Source of the DNA: Dehalococcoidia bacterium
GTDB lineage: Bacteria; Chloroflexota; Dehalococcoidia; UBA2979
Reading direction: 5' to 3'
Length of the DNA: 64,000 nt
NCBI GenBank assembly: GCA_965262725.1
Contig: OZ253555.1
Span: 3,456,001-3,520,000 of the forward strand
Program-made: the position numbers and the translations under genes
Shown: positions 32,733-41,602 of the stretch, piece by piece
Numbering within the stretch: position 1 is the stretch's first letter
How the letters are laid out: every line of letters begins with the position of its first letter
Notes under the pieces: generated by a model
Told to the model about the DNA's origin: nothing
The model's input: only the letters and a program-made list of their open reading frames with translations
Database searches by the model: none

Positions 32733-33572
32733 TCAGTGCGGCGTGAAGAAGCGCCTCAGCGAACCGGCGAAACGCACCGGATCGTCGGCCGCGATGAAGT
32801 CCGTGGCGTCCTCCAAGATCTCCCACTCCGCGAGCGGGAGCAGGCGGCGCGCGTCGGCGAACCAGCCGTAGACGCGATCGCGGGTGCCGCCGAACAGGAG
32901 CACCGGCGCCTCCAGGCGCGCCGCCCCCGCCCGAAGGTCGTAGCGCCAGATGGCGCGGTAGCCGAGCGCGAAGTCGGGTCCCGCCGCGAGGTAGCGCTCC
33001 ACGTGCCACCCGACCTCCTCCGGGATCAGGTAGGGGTACTGCCCCAGCACGCGGTTCCAGAGGCGCTCGAGGTGAGCCCCGCCGGCCACGGGCTCGATCG
33101 GCCCGCCGAATTCTCGGTCCGAGAGCCGGCCGGCCTTGGTTGCCTCGTCGTAGACGGGGAGGCCGTGGAGCGCCAGCGCGCGCACCCGCTCCGGTTGCTG
33201 CGCCGCCGCCTCGACCGCGAGCACCGAGCCGGTCGCGCGCCCGAAGAGGTAGATGCGGCCTCCGCCGAGGGCCTCCACGATCTCCCAGACCAGGCGGCCG
33301 TACTCGGCGACCCCCCACTCGTCGCCGCCGGAAAGCAGTGGTGGCCGGTCCGAGAGGCCGTAGCCCGGCGAGTCGACGGCGACGGGCCGCGAGAACTCGG
33401 CGAGGAGCGGCAGGACTCGCTCGTAATGCGAGGAGTCGAGCGGCGTCTGGTGCAGCATCACCAGCAGGGGCGGATCCTCACCCCCCGATGGTGGGGACGC
33501 GCCGGCCACCATCCGATAGTGCACCTGCCCCCAGGCCAGATCGAGATAGCCTCGCCTCACCACTCCCGCCAT
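32733..33572 (-). CDS. Alpha/beta-hydrolase fold protein, atypical elbow GRATG
   Basis: VMLHQTP, DSPGYGLSD, PERV, GTRD. Confidence 0.85.
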   Translation of the reverse strand: MAGVVRRGYLDLAWGQVHYRMVAGASPPSGGEDPPLLVMLHQTPLDSSHYERVLPLLAEFSRPVAVDSPGYGLSDRPPLLSGGDEWGVAEYGRLVWEIVEALGGGRIYLFGRATGSVLAVEAAAQQPERVRALALHGLPVYDEATKAGRLSDREFGGPIEPVAGGAHLERLWNRVLGQYPYLIPEEVGWHVERYLAAGPDFALGYRAIWRYDLRAGAARLEAPVLLFGGTRDRVYGWFADARRLLPLAEWEILEDATDFIAADDPVRFAGSLRRFFTPH

Positions 33573-33705
33573 CGACGACTCCGCCCTCTCCCCCGCGTCA
33601 CGCCTCTCCGCGATTCTAGACGCCCGGCCCCGCCGGCCGGCACCGCTCCCCCGGCCGAGCCGGGACCGACTATCCTGATCGCATCGCGCGCGAGGGGAGA
33701 CGCCG

Positions 33706-34377
33706 GTGGCCAACGCGAACGCCCGAGAGCCGGTCACGCTCACGGTCTACTCCGACTTCGTCTGACCCTGGTGCTATATCGGCCTCGTGCAGGTCGAGCG
33801 GCTCCAGCGGGAGTACAGTGTCGCGGTCGACTGGGCGCCCTTCCTCCTCAACCCTGACACACCGCCCGAGGGGGCGCCGGCACGCTACCGGCGCGCCGAC
33901 GACGATCCGCCGAGCCCCGCCGAGGAGCGCGCCGCCCGCGAGGGGCTCACCTTCACCCGCGGCCGGGAGCGCAGCTCCTACTCGCAGCTCGCGCTGGAGG
34001 CGGTCGCCTTCGGCGAGGAGGCCGGCCTCGACGTCATCGCGCTGCACCGATCGCTCTTCCGCGCCTACTTCGAGGAGCTGGCCGATCTCGGCGATCCGGA
34101 GGTCGTCGTGGAGGCGGCGGCGCGCGGCGGCGCCGACCCGGATGCCCTGCGCGCGGCCCTCGCCGAGCGCCGGCACCAGGCTCACGTTGAGCGCGGGATC
34201 GAGGAATCGCGTCGGATCGGCGTGACCGGGATCCCGACCTTCGTCTTCGGCGACCGTTTCGCCCTCGTCGGCGCCCACGAGTACCCGGTCTTCCAGACGA
34301 TGATGGAGAGGCTGGGACAGCCGCCGCCCGGGGGATTCGACAGGGATCGCGTCGAGCTGACCTTCCCAGGGGAGTAG
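33706..34377 (+). CDS. Selenocysteine-containing DsbA/FrnE-family oxidoreductase
   Basis: GTG start after GGAG; VYSDFV-TGA(33763-65)-PWCYIG gives UPWC; GVTGIPTF cis-Pro loop. Confidence 0.88.
33779..33803 (+). promoter_or_regulatory. Putative bacterial SECIS
   Basis: CTCG-TGCAGGT-CGAG hairpin shortly after the UGA; GCAGGUC resembles the fdhF SECIS apex. Confidence 0.5.
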
Positions 34378-34598
34378 CGCCGGGTGCCCCGACGCGGCGC
34401 GCCACCGGCGGGGCGAGGTCCCGGCCCGGAGTCCGGGCATCGATCGGCTCGTGATCGCAGGGAGCGCACGTGCGCCGTCACGGGGATCGCGCGGCCACCC
34501 GGGCCCTCCCCGGCGGATCCGGGGGCGGCGCCGTCGTAGGATGGGGTCCCAGGCGGCCGGCAGCGCGCCCTGCGGGGAGCGGCGCGACGGGAGGCGCG

Positions 34599-35684
34599 AT
34601 GGAACGGATGCGGGTTGCGATCGTCGGGCTCAGGCGCGGCGAGACATTCCTCCGCGTGCTGCGCACGATGCCCGATGCCGAGGTGGTCGCGCTCGTCGAC
34701 CCGGATCAGGAGCAGCGCGCCCGGGCGCGCGCCCTTCTGCCCGCCAGCGGCGACGCAGCGGAGGCCGACTCGCTCGCTTCGCTGCTCGCCGCCGACGCCC
34801 CGCCCGACCTCGTGGTGCTGGCGACGCCGCCCATCGGGCGCGTCGCGGACGCCGTGATGGCGCTCGAGCGCGGCATCCACGTGCTCAGCGAGATTCCGGC
34901 CGCGTCGAGCGTCGAGGAGTGCGACCAGCTGCTCGCCGCCGCGGAGGCCTCCGAGGCCACCTATATGCTCGCCGAGAACGCCCTCTACTGGGGCTTCGTC
35001 GACAGCGCGCGCCGGATGCACGGCTCCGGCGAGTTCGGCAGGATCTTCTACGCCGAGGCCGAGATGATGCAGGATATGCGCTCGATCCTGCGCGACGCCT
35101 CCGGCGCCCCGACCTGGCGGCTCGAGCGCACCGATCCGATCACCTACTGCACGCACAGCCTCGGTCCGCTGCTCGCGATCACCGGACAGTACCCGACCGA
35201 GGTCACCTGCATGGGGACCGGCGGCTCCTTCGACGAGCCCCAGATCCACGACGTGCAGACCGCGCTCATCCGCCTCACCGACGGCGCGCTCGTGCGGCTC
35301 ACCGTCTCCCTCGCGAACGCCCACTGGCACGGCCACCGCTTCACCCTCTTCGGCACGGAGGCCTCGCTCGACACCGGCTGGGTGTGGCTCGACCGCCCGC
35401 GGCTGTGGAGCGAGCGCATCCCCCACCTCACCGGACCGATCGAGCTGCCGCTCGGGACGGAGGTGCCGGGCGCCCCCGCCGCCGCGGTCGGGAGCGGCGT
35501 GGCGACGATGAACTGGATGATGATGCGCGATCTGCTCGATGCCCTGCGGGAGGGGCGCCCGCCCCCCGTCGACATCTACGACGCGCTGATGTTCTCGCTG
35601 CCGGGGCTGCTCGCCGCCGAATCGGCACGAGCGGGCGGCACGCGAATTGAGATCCCGCAGTACCAGCTCCGCCGCCCCGCGTGA
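34599..35684 (+). CDS. Gfo/Idh/MocA family oxidoreductase
   Basis: RVAIVGL, LATP, HVLSEIP, YCTHSLG. Confidence 0.9.
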   Translation: MERMRVAIVGLRRGETFLRVLRTMPDAEVVALVDPDQEQRARARALLPASGDAAEADSLASLLAADAPPDLVVLATPPIGRVADAVMALERGIHVLSEIPAASSVEECDQLLAAAEASEATYMLAENALYWGFVDSARRMHGSGEFGRIFYAEAEMMQDMRSILRDASGAPTWRLERTDPITYCTHSLGPLLAITGQYPTEVTCMGTGGSFDEPQIHDVQTALIRLTDGALVRLTVSLANAHWHGHRFTLFGTEASLDTGWVWLDRPRLWSERIPHLTGPIELPLGTEVPGAPAAAVGSGVATMNWMMMRDLLDALREGRPPPVDIYDALMFSLPGLLAAESARAGGTRIEIPQYQLRRPA

Positions 35685-35712
35685 GGCGGCGGGCGGCACG
35701 AAGGGAACGTCG

Positions 35713-35931
35713 ATGCGCTCGATGACCAACCGCGGCTCCTGGCTCGGGCTACTGGTCGCCGTCTTCATCTGGCAGCTCTTCGTTCGTCCGGGAGTCGCGG
35801 TGGCGATCGGATACACGGGCGGGCTCAGCCTCCCCCTGCTCGTGCTCGCGGGCTCCTTCGGCGCCGTGGGAGCGGCCATAGGCACGATGGCCTGGAACGC
35901 GCTCCATGACCGTTCGCAGAACGGACGCTAG
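35713..35931 (+). CDS. Small two-TM membrane protein
   Basis: Two hydrophobic helices; sits in an operon between the oxidoreductase and the CoA transferase. Confidence 0.55.
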   Translation: MRSMTNRGSWLGLLVAVFIWQLFVRPGVAVAIGYTGGLSLPLLVLAGSFGAVGAAIGTMAWNALHDRSQNGR

Positions 35932-38362
35932 CTCCTCCGACGACCCGGGGCCCGGGGAGGGCTCGCTCGCGGGCCTGCGCGTCGTCGACTGCTCCGAGGG
36001 GATCGCGGGCGCGCTCGCCTCACGCCTCCTTGCCGATCTCGGAGCCGACGTCGTGCTCGTCGAGGCCCCGCACAGGGAGGCGCCGGCGGGGCGGCGGCTG
36101 CGCGCACTCGGCCCCTTCGCCGGCGATCCCTCGGCGGAGGGAGGCGGCCTGCACCTCGCGCTCGACGCCGGGAAGCGCTCCTGGGCGCTCGACCCCGGGC
36201 GCCCGGGCGACGCCGCGCGGCTCGCCGCCCTGGTGGCGGCGTCCGACCTGCTCGTCGAGGACCGGGGCGCGGGAGCGATGGTGGAGGCAGGCCTCGACTA
36301 CGCGGCCGCGAGCGCCGCCCATCCCGCTCTCGTCTACGCCTCGCACAGCCCGTTCGGAGAGCAGGGCCCCTACGCCGGTCGCCTCAGCGCCGAGATCGTC
36401 GACTACGCGATGGGCGGCTGGATGTACTTCTGCGGCGAGCCGGGGAAGCGGCCGCTGCTCGTCTCCGGCCGCCAGTCCGAGCTCCACGCCGGAGCCCAGC
36501 TCGCGACCGGGGCCCTCGCCGCGCTCTGGGAGTCGCGGCGATCCGGACTGGGCCAGCACGTCGAGGTCACGACCTTCGAGGCATCGGTCAGCTCGCACCT
36601 CTTCGTAATCTCGGAGTGGACTCAGGAGGGGCGCGTCCGCCATCGCGTCGGCACGACCGTGCTCCCCTGCGCCGACGGCCACCTGCTGGTCACCTCGCTC
36701 AACCGCGCCGTCTTCTCGCTGCTGGGGGAGCCGGAACGGGCCGACGACCCCCAGATCGCCACGCCCGAGGGCTGGCGCTCAGCCCAGCCCGAGGTGCTCG
36801 CTCGCCTCGCCGTCTGGGCTCAGCCGCTCGCGCGCGAGGAGATCTACCGCCGCGCGCAGGAGGCCCGCGTCACCGGGCTCACGCCGATCGCCGTGACCGG
36901 GGAGCTCCTCAGCTCGCCACAGCACGAGGCGCGCGGGTGGTGGCTCGATGTCGAGGAACCCGCGGCGCGCCTGCGCATCCCCGGCTCCCCGTGGCGGATG
37001 TCGCGGAGCGCCGTCGGCCCCCGCCGGCGCGCGCCGATGCGGGGCGAGCACACCGGCGAGGAGCCCGCCCCCCGCCCCGTGCGGCCTCCGGCGCCCACCG
37101 CGGGCGGGGCACCCCCACCAAGCCTCCCCTTCGACGGCCTGCGGGTGCTCGAGGTCACCAGCGCGTGGGCGGGTCCGCTCGCTGGCCAGTACTTCGCCGA
37201 TCTCGGCGCCGATGTGGTGCTCGTCGAGTCGCCGCGCGCGCAGTTCATGCGCTCGTGGCACTTCGCCGGAAACCAGGAGTGGCCCCGAGCCTACGACCGC
37301 GGGCACGGCTTCAACCAGCTGAACCGCAACAAGCGCGGCGTGTGCATCGACCTCGCGAGCGAGGCCGGGCGCGATCTCTTCCTGCAGCTCTGCGAGCGGG
37401 CCGACGTCGTGCTCGAGAACAACAGCCCGCGCGTCTTCCCCAGGCTCGGCCTCGGCTACGAGGCGCTCGCGGCGCGCAACCCGCGCCTGCTCCTCGTCTC
37501 GATCTCCGGCTTCGGCGCGAGTGGGCCGTACGCCGGCTACCGCGCAGCCGGCTCGACGATGGAGGCCACGACCTCGATCGTCTCCCGCACGGGCTACGGG
37601 CCGGGCGAGCTCCACCAGACCGGCTCCTTCCACACGGACCCGATCGCGGGAACGAGCGCGGTGGCGGCGACGATCGCCGCCCTCGTCGAGCGCGAGCGCA
37701 GCGGCCTCGGGCAGCACATCGAGGTCTCGCTCTTCGCCTCGGGGACGCTCTTCTCGGTGGAGTCTCTGATGGCACATCAGCTCTCCGGGCTCACCCCCGG
37801 GCCGCTCGCGAACCGCTCGCTGCGCTCGGCGCCGCAGGGCGCGTACCGCTCCGCCGGGGACGACTGCTGGCTCGCGCTCACCTGCGAGACGGATGAGCAG
37901 TGGGCGGCGCTCTGCCAGGTGGTGGGCGCCCCGGAGCTCGCGCGCGCCCACCCGACGCTCGCCGACCGCATCCGCGCGCACGACCCCATCGACCTGGTGA
38001 TCGACTCCTGGAGCGCGTCACTCGATCACAACGAGGCGGCGAGGCGGCTGCAGGCGGCCGGCGTCCCCGCCGGCCCGGTCTTCGCCAACTGGGAGGTCGC
38101 GAGCGACCCGCACCTCTACGAGTGCGACTACTGGGTCGACGTCGTGCACGAGGAGGTCGGCTACCAGCGCTACGAGGGACAGCCGTGGCGGCTCTCGCGC
38201 TCCCGACCCCCGCGCCGCGCGCGCCCGGCGCCCCGCTTCGGCCAGCACAACGACGAGGTGCTGAGAGGCGCGGCGGGACTCACGTCGCATCAGATCGAGT
38301 CTCTGCGCGCCGCCGGAGTCGTCCTCGACGAGCCCACCGAGCTCCGCGGCGCGACGCCGTAG
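35906..38362 (+). CDS. Class III CoA-transferase (CaiB/BaiF), two fused domains
   Basis: LAGLRVVD..LADLGADV and FDGLRVLE..AGP..FADLGADV, LNRNKR, catalytic-type HTD in domain 2. Confidence 0.92.
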   Translation: MTVRRTDASSSDDPGPGEGSLAGLRVVDCSEGIAGALASRLLADLGADVVLVEAPHREAPAGRRLRALGPFAGDPSAEGGGLHLALDAGKRSWALDPGRPGDAARLAALVAASDLLVEDRGAGAMVEAGLDYAAASAAHPALVYASHSPFGEQGPYAGRLSAEIVDYAMGGWMYFCGEPGKRPLLVSGRQSELHAGAQLATGALAALWESRRSGLGQHVEVTTFEASVSSHLFVISEWTQEGRVRHRVGTTVLPCADGHLLVTSLNRAVFSLLGEPERADDPQIATPEGWRSAQPEVLARLAVWAQPLAREEIYRRAQEARVTGLTPIAVTGELLSSPQHEARGWWLDVEEPAARLRIPGSPWRMSRSAVGPRRRAPMRGEHTGEEPAPRPVRPPAPTAGGAPPPSLPFDGLRVLEVTSAWAGPLAGQYFADLGADVVLVESPRAQFMRSWHFAGNQEWPRAYDRGHGFNQLNRNKRGVCIDLASEAGRDLFLQLCERADVVLENNSPRVFPRLGLGYEALAARNPRLLLVSISGFGASGPYAGYRAAGSTMEATTSIVSRTGYGPGELHQTGSFHTDPIAGTSAVAATIAALVERERSGLGQHIEVSLFASGTLFSVESLMAHQLSGLTPGPLANRSLRSAPQGAYRSAGDDCWLALTCETDEQWAALCQVVGAPELARAHPTLADRIRAHDPIDLVIDSWSASLDHNEAARRLQAAGVPAGPVFANWEVASDPHLYECDYWVDVVHEEVGYQRYEGQPWRLSRSRPPRRARPAPRFGQHNDEVLRGAAGLTSHQIESLRAAGVVLDEPTELRGATP

Positions 38363-38398
38363 CGCGGCCGGAAGGCCAGTCACGCCGCCACGGGCGCC

Positions 38399-38749
38399 CT
38401 ACTCCATCCCCGCGCCGATGCTGCGTGCGAAGGCCGCCGGGTCGGAGGGGCTGATGTAGTAGACGGCTCCCGCCCGCAGCGTGATCCGGAGCCCGTCGGT
38501 CAGGCGATTCGCACAGCCGCGCCGGCGGCCGGCTCCCCAGCCGAGCACACGGGGGATGAAGCCCACCCGCCCGACCGATGCGACCTCCCCGCGCGGGATC
38601 TCCGCCGGAACACGAACCCCGAACGGAGCCGGAGCGTCCGATCCGAGATCTCGTAGGAGGTGTTCGGGCCGCGTGGAGCGGAACGAGAGCCAGTCCTCCC
38701 AGCGCGACGTAGAGCACGGGGGCGGCCGCCTGCCCGACGCGTCCCGCAT
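38399..38749 (-). CDS. Hypothetical, possibly degenerate PH-like protein
   Basis: C-term GLRITLRAGAVYYISPSDPAAF resembles bacterial PH tails; N-terminus unconvincing. Confidence 0.35.
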   Translation of the reverse strand: MRDASGRRPPPCSTSRWEDWLSFRSTRPEHLLRDLGSDAPAPFGVRVPAEIPRGEVASVGRVGFIPRVLGWGAGRRRGCANRLTDGLRITLRAGAVYYISPSDPAAFARSIGAGME

Positions 38750-38820
38750 CCCGCAGCCGGGCGGTCGCGCGGCGGGCCCTCCCCCAGGGAACGGCCCCCG
38801 GCCGCGCCGGGGGGACGGCG

Positions 38821-39687
38821 CTACTCCTCCGTCAGGAAGCGCGTGACCTCGCCCGACCAGAGATCGAGATCCCGGTTCGGGTTCCAGAGCTGCGGGGCGA
38901 CGGTGCTGTCGCCGGAGTTCCCCGACGGCGGACGGATGCCGCGCGCGGCGGGCATCAACTCGAGGAACTTCTCGTGCGATCGGCCGAGCTCGCTGTCCGA
39001 GCCGTGGATCACAAGCGCCGGCGCCTGGATGCGTTGCACGTGCTCCCAGGTGTCCCACGTCGTCATCGCGTGCGGGCCGGCGCCCTCCCAGCCCATCCCC
39101 TCGTAGAGCGCCTCGACGCCCTCGTCATCGTTGACGAGGAGGTAGTCGATCAGCATCTCGGAGAGCACGCGGAAGTCGGTCCCGTCCTTGTCACCGCCCC
39201 GACGCTTCCAGATCTCGACGAGGTGCCCGCCGTCCGCCCGGGGCGGGTAGTAGCGATGGCGCCGGAGGTGGGCCGCGCGCCGCGCGGGGGTCCCCCAGTG
39301 AAAGGGCTCCTCGAGGACGAGCTTGCCGACGCGCTCCGGGTAGTCCGCCGCGAGGGAAATGGCAATCTGCGAGCCGGTCTGCCCGCCGTAGAGATGGGCG
39401 CGCGCGATGCCGAGATCGTCGAAGACCCAGATGAAGGCGCGCGCGAACTCCTCGACCGTCGTGTAGGGCTCCGGTGGACGGTCGGACTGGCCGTAGCCCG
39501 GCGTGGAGATCGCGACGCAGCGGAAGTCCCGCTCCAGATGGGGCATCAGCGTCGAGTAGCGCGCCGAGGAGTGGGGCGTGCTGTGCAGCATGACGAGCGT
39601 CGGCCCGCTGCCGCGCTCGCGGTACTCGATGTTGCCGTGCTCCGTGTGCGCAAAGCCCCGGCGCTCGCCCGGGATCGTCCTCGCCAT
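38821..39687 (-). CDS. Alpha/beta-hydrolase fold protein, atypical elbow GGQTG; paralog of 31779-32624
   Basis: Shares GYGQSDRP.PYTT.EEFAR and GMGWEGAGP.AMT with 31779-32624. Confidence 0.87.
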   Translation of the reverse strand: MARTIPGERRGFAHTEHGNIEYRERGSGPTLVMLHSTPHSSARYSTLMPHLERDFRCVAISTPGYGQSDRPPEPYTTVEEFARAFIWVFDDLGIARAHLYGGQTGSQIAISLAADYPERVGKLVLEEPFHWGTPARRAAHLRRHRYYPPRADGGHLVEIWKRRGGDKDGTDFRVLSEMLIDYLLVNDDEGVEALYEGMGWEGAGPHAMTTWDTWEHVQRIQAPALVIHGSDSELGRSHEKFLELMPAARGIRPPSGNSGDSTVAPQLWNPNRDLDLWSGEVTRFLTEE

Positions 39688-39837
39688 CGCCCGACCTCCT
39701 TCACCCGGCGCCATGGCCGCTCGGGGTCCCGCGGAGTCGCGCGGGGCGCACTCCTCGGGCTTGACCCGCACCCGGCGGCCCTCCCGGCCCGCCGCGCTAC
39801 ACTGGCCCAATCGGGCCACCGGCGGCGGGATCGGGCG

Positions 39838-40548
39838 ATGTGCGGACGCTTCACGCTCACGGCGGGTGATCGCGAGTGGCTGGCGCGCCAACTCGGCGTC
39901 CCCATCGACGCGATCGACGCGGATCGCTACCGGCCACGCTACAACATCGCGCCGACCGATCTCCACTGGGTGCTCAGGCTGAGGCGCGAGGACCGCGAAC
40001 TGCTCGGTGCCCGCTGGGGACTCGTGAACGAGGGCGCACCCTCGCGCCGGCGCGCGGCGGCGCAGATCAATGCGCGGTCGGAGAGCGCGGCGCGCGCGCC
40101 GGCCTACCGCTCGGCCTTCGCCGACCGCCGCTGTGCCGTGCCCGCCGACGGCTTCTTCGAGTGGAGCGGAGCGGCCCGAGAGCGGCGGCCGTACTGGTTC
40201 CACCGCCCCGACGGTGGCCTCCTGCTGTTCGCCGGCCTCTTCGAGCAGTGGACGCCGCCCCGCGGCGAGGACGCGGCGGCCGCGCCCGAGACCACCTTCA
40301 CGATCCTGACCACCGACGCGAACCGGACGGTGGGCGCCGTCCACGACCGCATGCCCGTGATCCTGCCCGAGGAGAGGGTCGACGACTGGCTCTTCGAGGG
40401 GGAGCACGACCGGCGGCACCTCGAGTCGCTGCTTGAGGCGGCGCCCGACGACCTCCTCGTCGCCACCCCCGTCTCCCCGCGCGTCAACTCCGTCCGCCAC
40501 GACGATCCAGCGTGCCTGGAACCGGCCGCCGAGCAGCTCTCGTTCTAG
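39838..40548 (+). CDS. yedK: SOS response-associated peptidase (SRAP/YedK/HMCES)
   Basis: N-terminal MCGRF, RYNIAPT, INARSE, DGFFEW, HDRMPVIL. Confidence 0.95.
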   Translation: MCGRFTLTAGDREWLARQLGVPIDAIDADRYRPRYNIAPTDLHWVLRLRREDRELLGARWGLVNEGAPSRRRAAAQINARSESAARAPAYRSAFADRRCAVPADGFFEWSGAARERRPYWFHRPDGGLLLFAGLFEQWTPPRGEDAAAAPETTFTILTTDANRTVGAVHDRMPVILPEERVDDWLFEGEHDRRHLESLLEAAPDDLLVATPVSPRVNSVRHDDPACLEPAAEQLSF

Positions 40549-40561
40549 GGCCGGCTCCGCC

Positions 40562-41480
40562 TCAGCGCGCCTTCTCGAGCACAGCGTTGAGCGAGGCCTC
40601 GAGTTCCTCCTTGGCGACGAACGCCTCGAAGCGGGCGGCGACGCGCCCATCGGCGCCCACGACGAAGGTCCACTCGTCGCTCTCGATGCCCCAGTCCTCC
40701 AAGACGCACGCCCGGACCGCTCGCCCGAGGTCGCCCGCGATCCCCGCGGGTTCTCGTAGAGGTCGGCATGGAGGAAGTTCGCGCGTCCGGCATGCCTCGC
40801 CGCGATCGTCCAGAGCACCTACACGCGCGGCCCGCAGAGCTCGCTCGTGCAGAACGCCGGGCTGGCGAAGGCGACGAAGAAGGGGCGCCCCACGGCGACG
40901 GCCCCGGCGATGGAGAACCGATAGAGAGCCGGATCGGGATCGCCCCCGATCGTGAGATCGGCGAGCGAGTCGACGTCGGCTGTGGTACTTGTCGCGCTCG
41001 CCGGCACCGGATCGCCAACGGCCGGAGCCCGGGTTCGCTCCGCTACGGGGACGAGGATCAGCGCCGTCCGCGCACCGCCGTCGCGCCGGAGCATGGCGAT
41101 CACGGGCGCCCAGTCGCCGGGCCGGCCGAACGAGAGCCCGCCGCTGTAGGCGCCGCGGCCCCCGGCGGAGAACTCGAACAAGCGCGCGACCGACCGATCC
41201 ACCGGACCCTCCCGCGGCCGTCGACACCCCGCGGGTAGGGGTAGGAGCGGACGCGCACGGAGGGGAGCCTCACCAGTCCCTCCTCGCGGTCCGCGAGCAC
41301 GAAGGCGACGCGATGCCGCCCCGAAGCGAGAACCGGCGTCCCCAGGATCACGAGGATCACGCGAAGTCCCGAGTCCGGATCCTCGTAGGCGGGGAGGCGG
41401 CGAGCAGCGGCCGGACCGACAGGCGCCCCGCACGCCACGGCGAGAGCTGCGGGCGCACAGAGCAGGAGAGGCCACAGGGG
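40562..41480 (-). pseudogene. Thioredoxin-fold lipoprotein-like gene with frameshifts and an internal stop
   Basis: Fragments across three frames: RVAFVL, FASPAFCTSELCGP then TAG, ANFLHADLYENP, WGIESDEWTFVVGADGRVAARFE. Confidence 0.65.
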
Positions 41481-41602
41481 CGCAGCGTCTCGCGTCCGTG
41501 CCGCGCCCGCTCGCTCCCCCCGGAGGGCTCGGAACTCCGGCGGCCCCCGCACAGGGCGGTCGAGGGGACGCTGCCCGGCCCGATACGCAGAGGGCCTCGA
41601 CG

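Noticed and set aside
31911-33857. Long antisense ORFs (648 aa here; also 41498-43474, 34182-35885, 58119-59777)
   Set aside because: Mirror frames of well-supported genes, expected at this GC content
40819-40821. Internal TAG as pyrrolysine or programmed readthrough
   Set aside because: The same gene also has frameshifts, so decay is the simpler explanation
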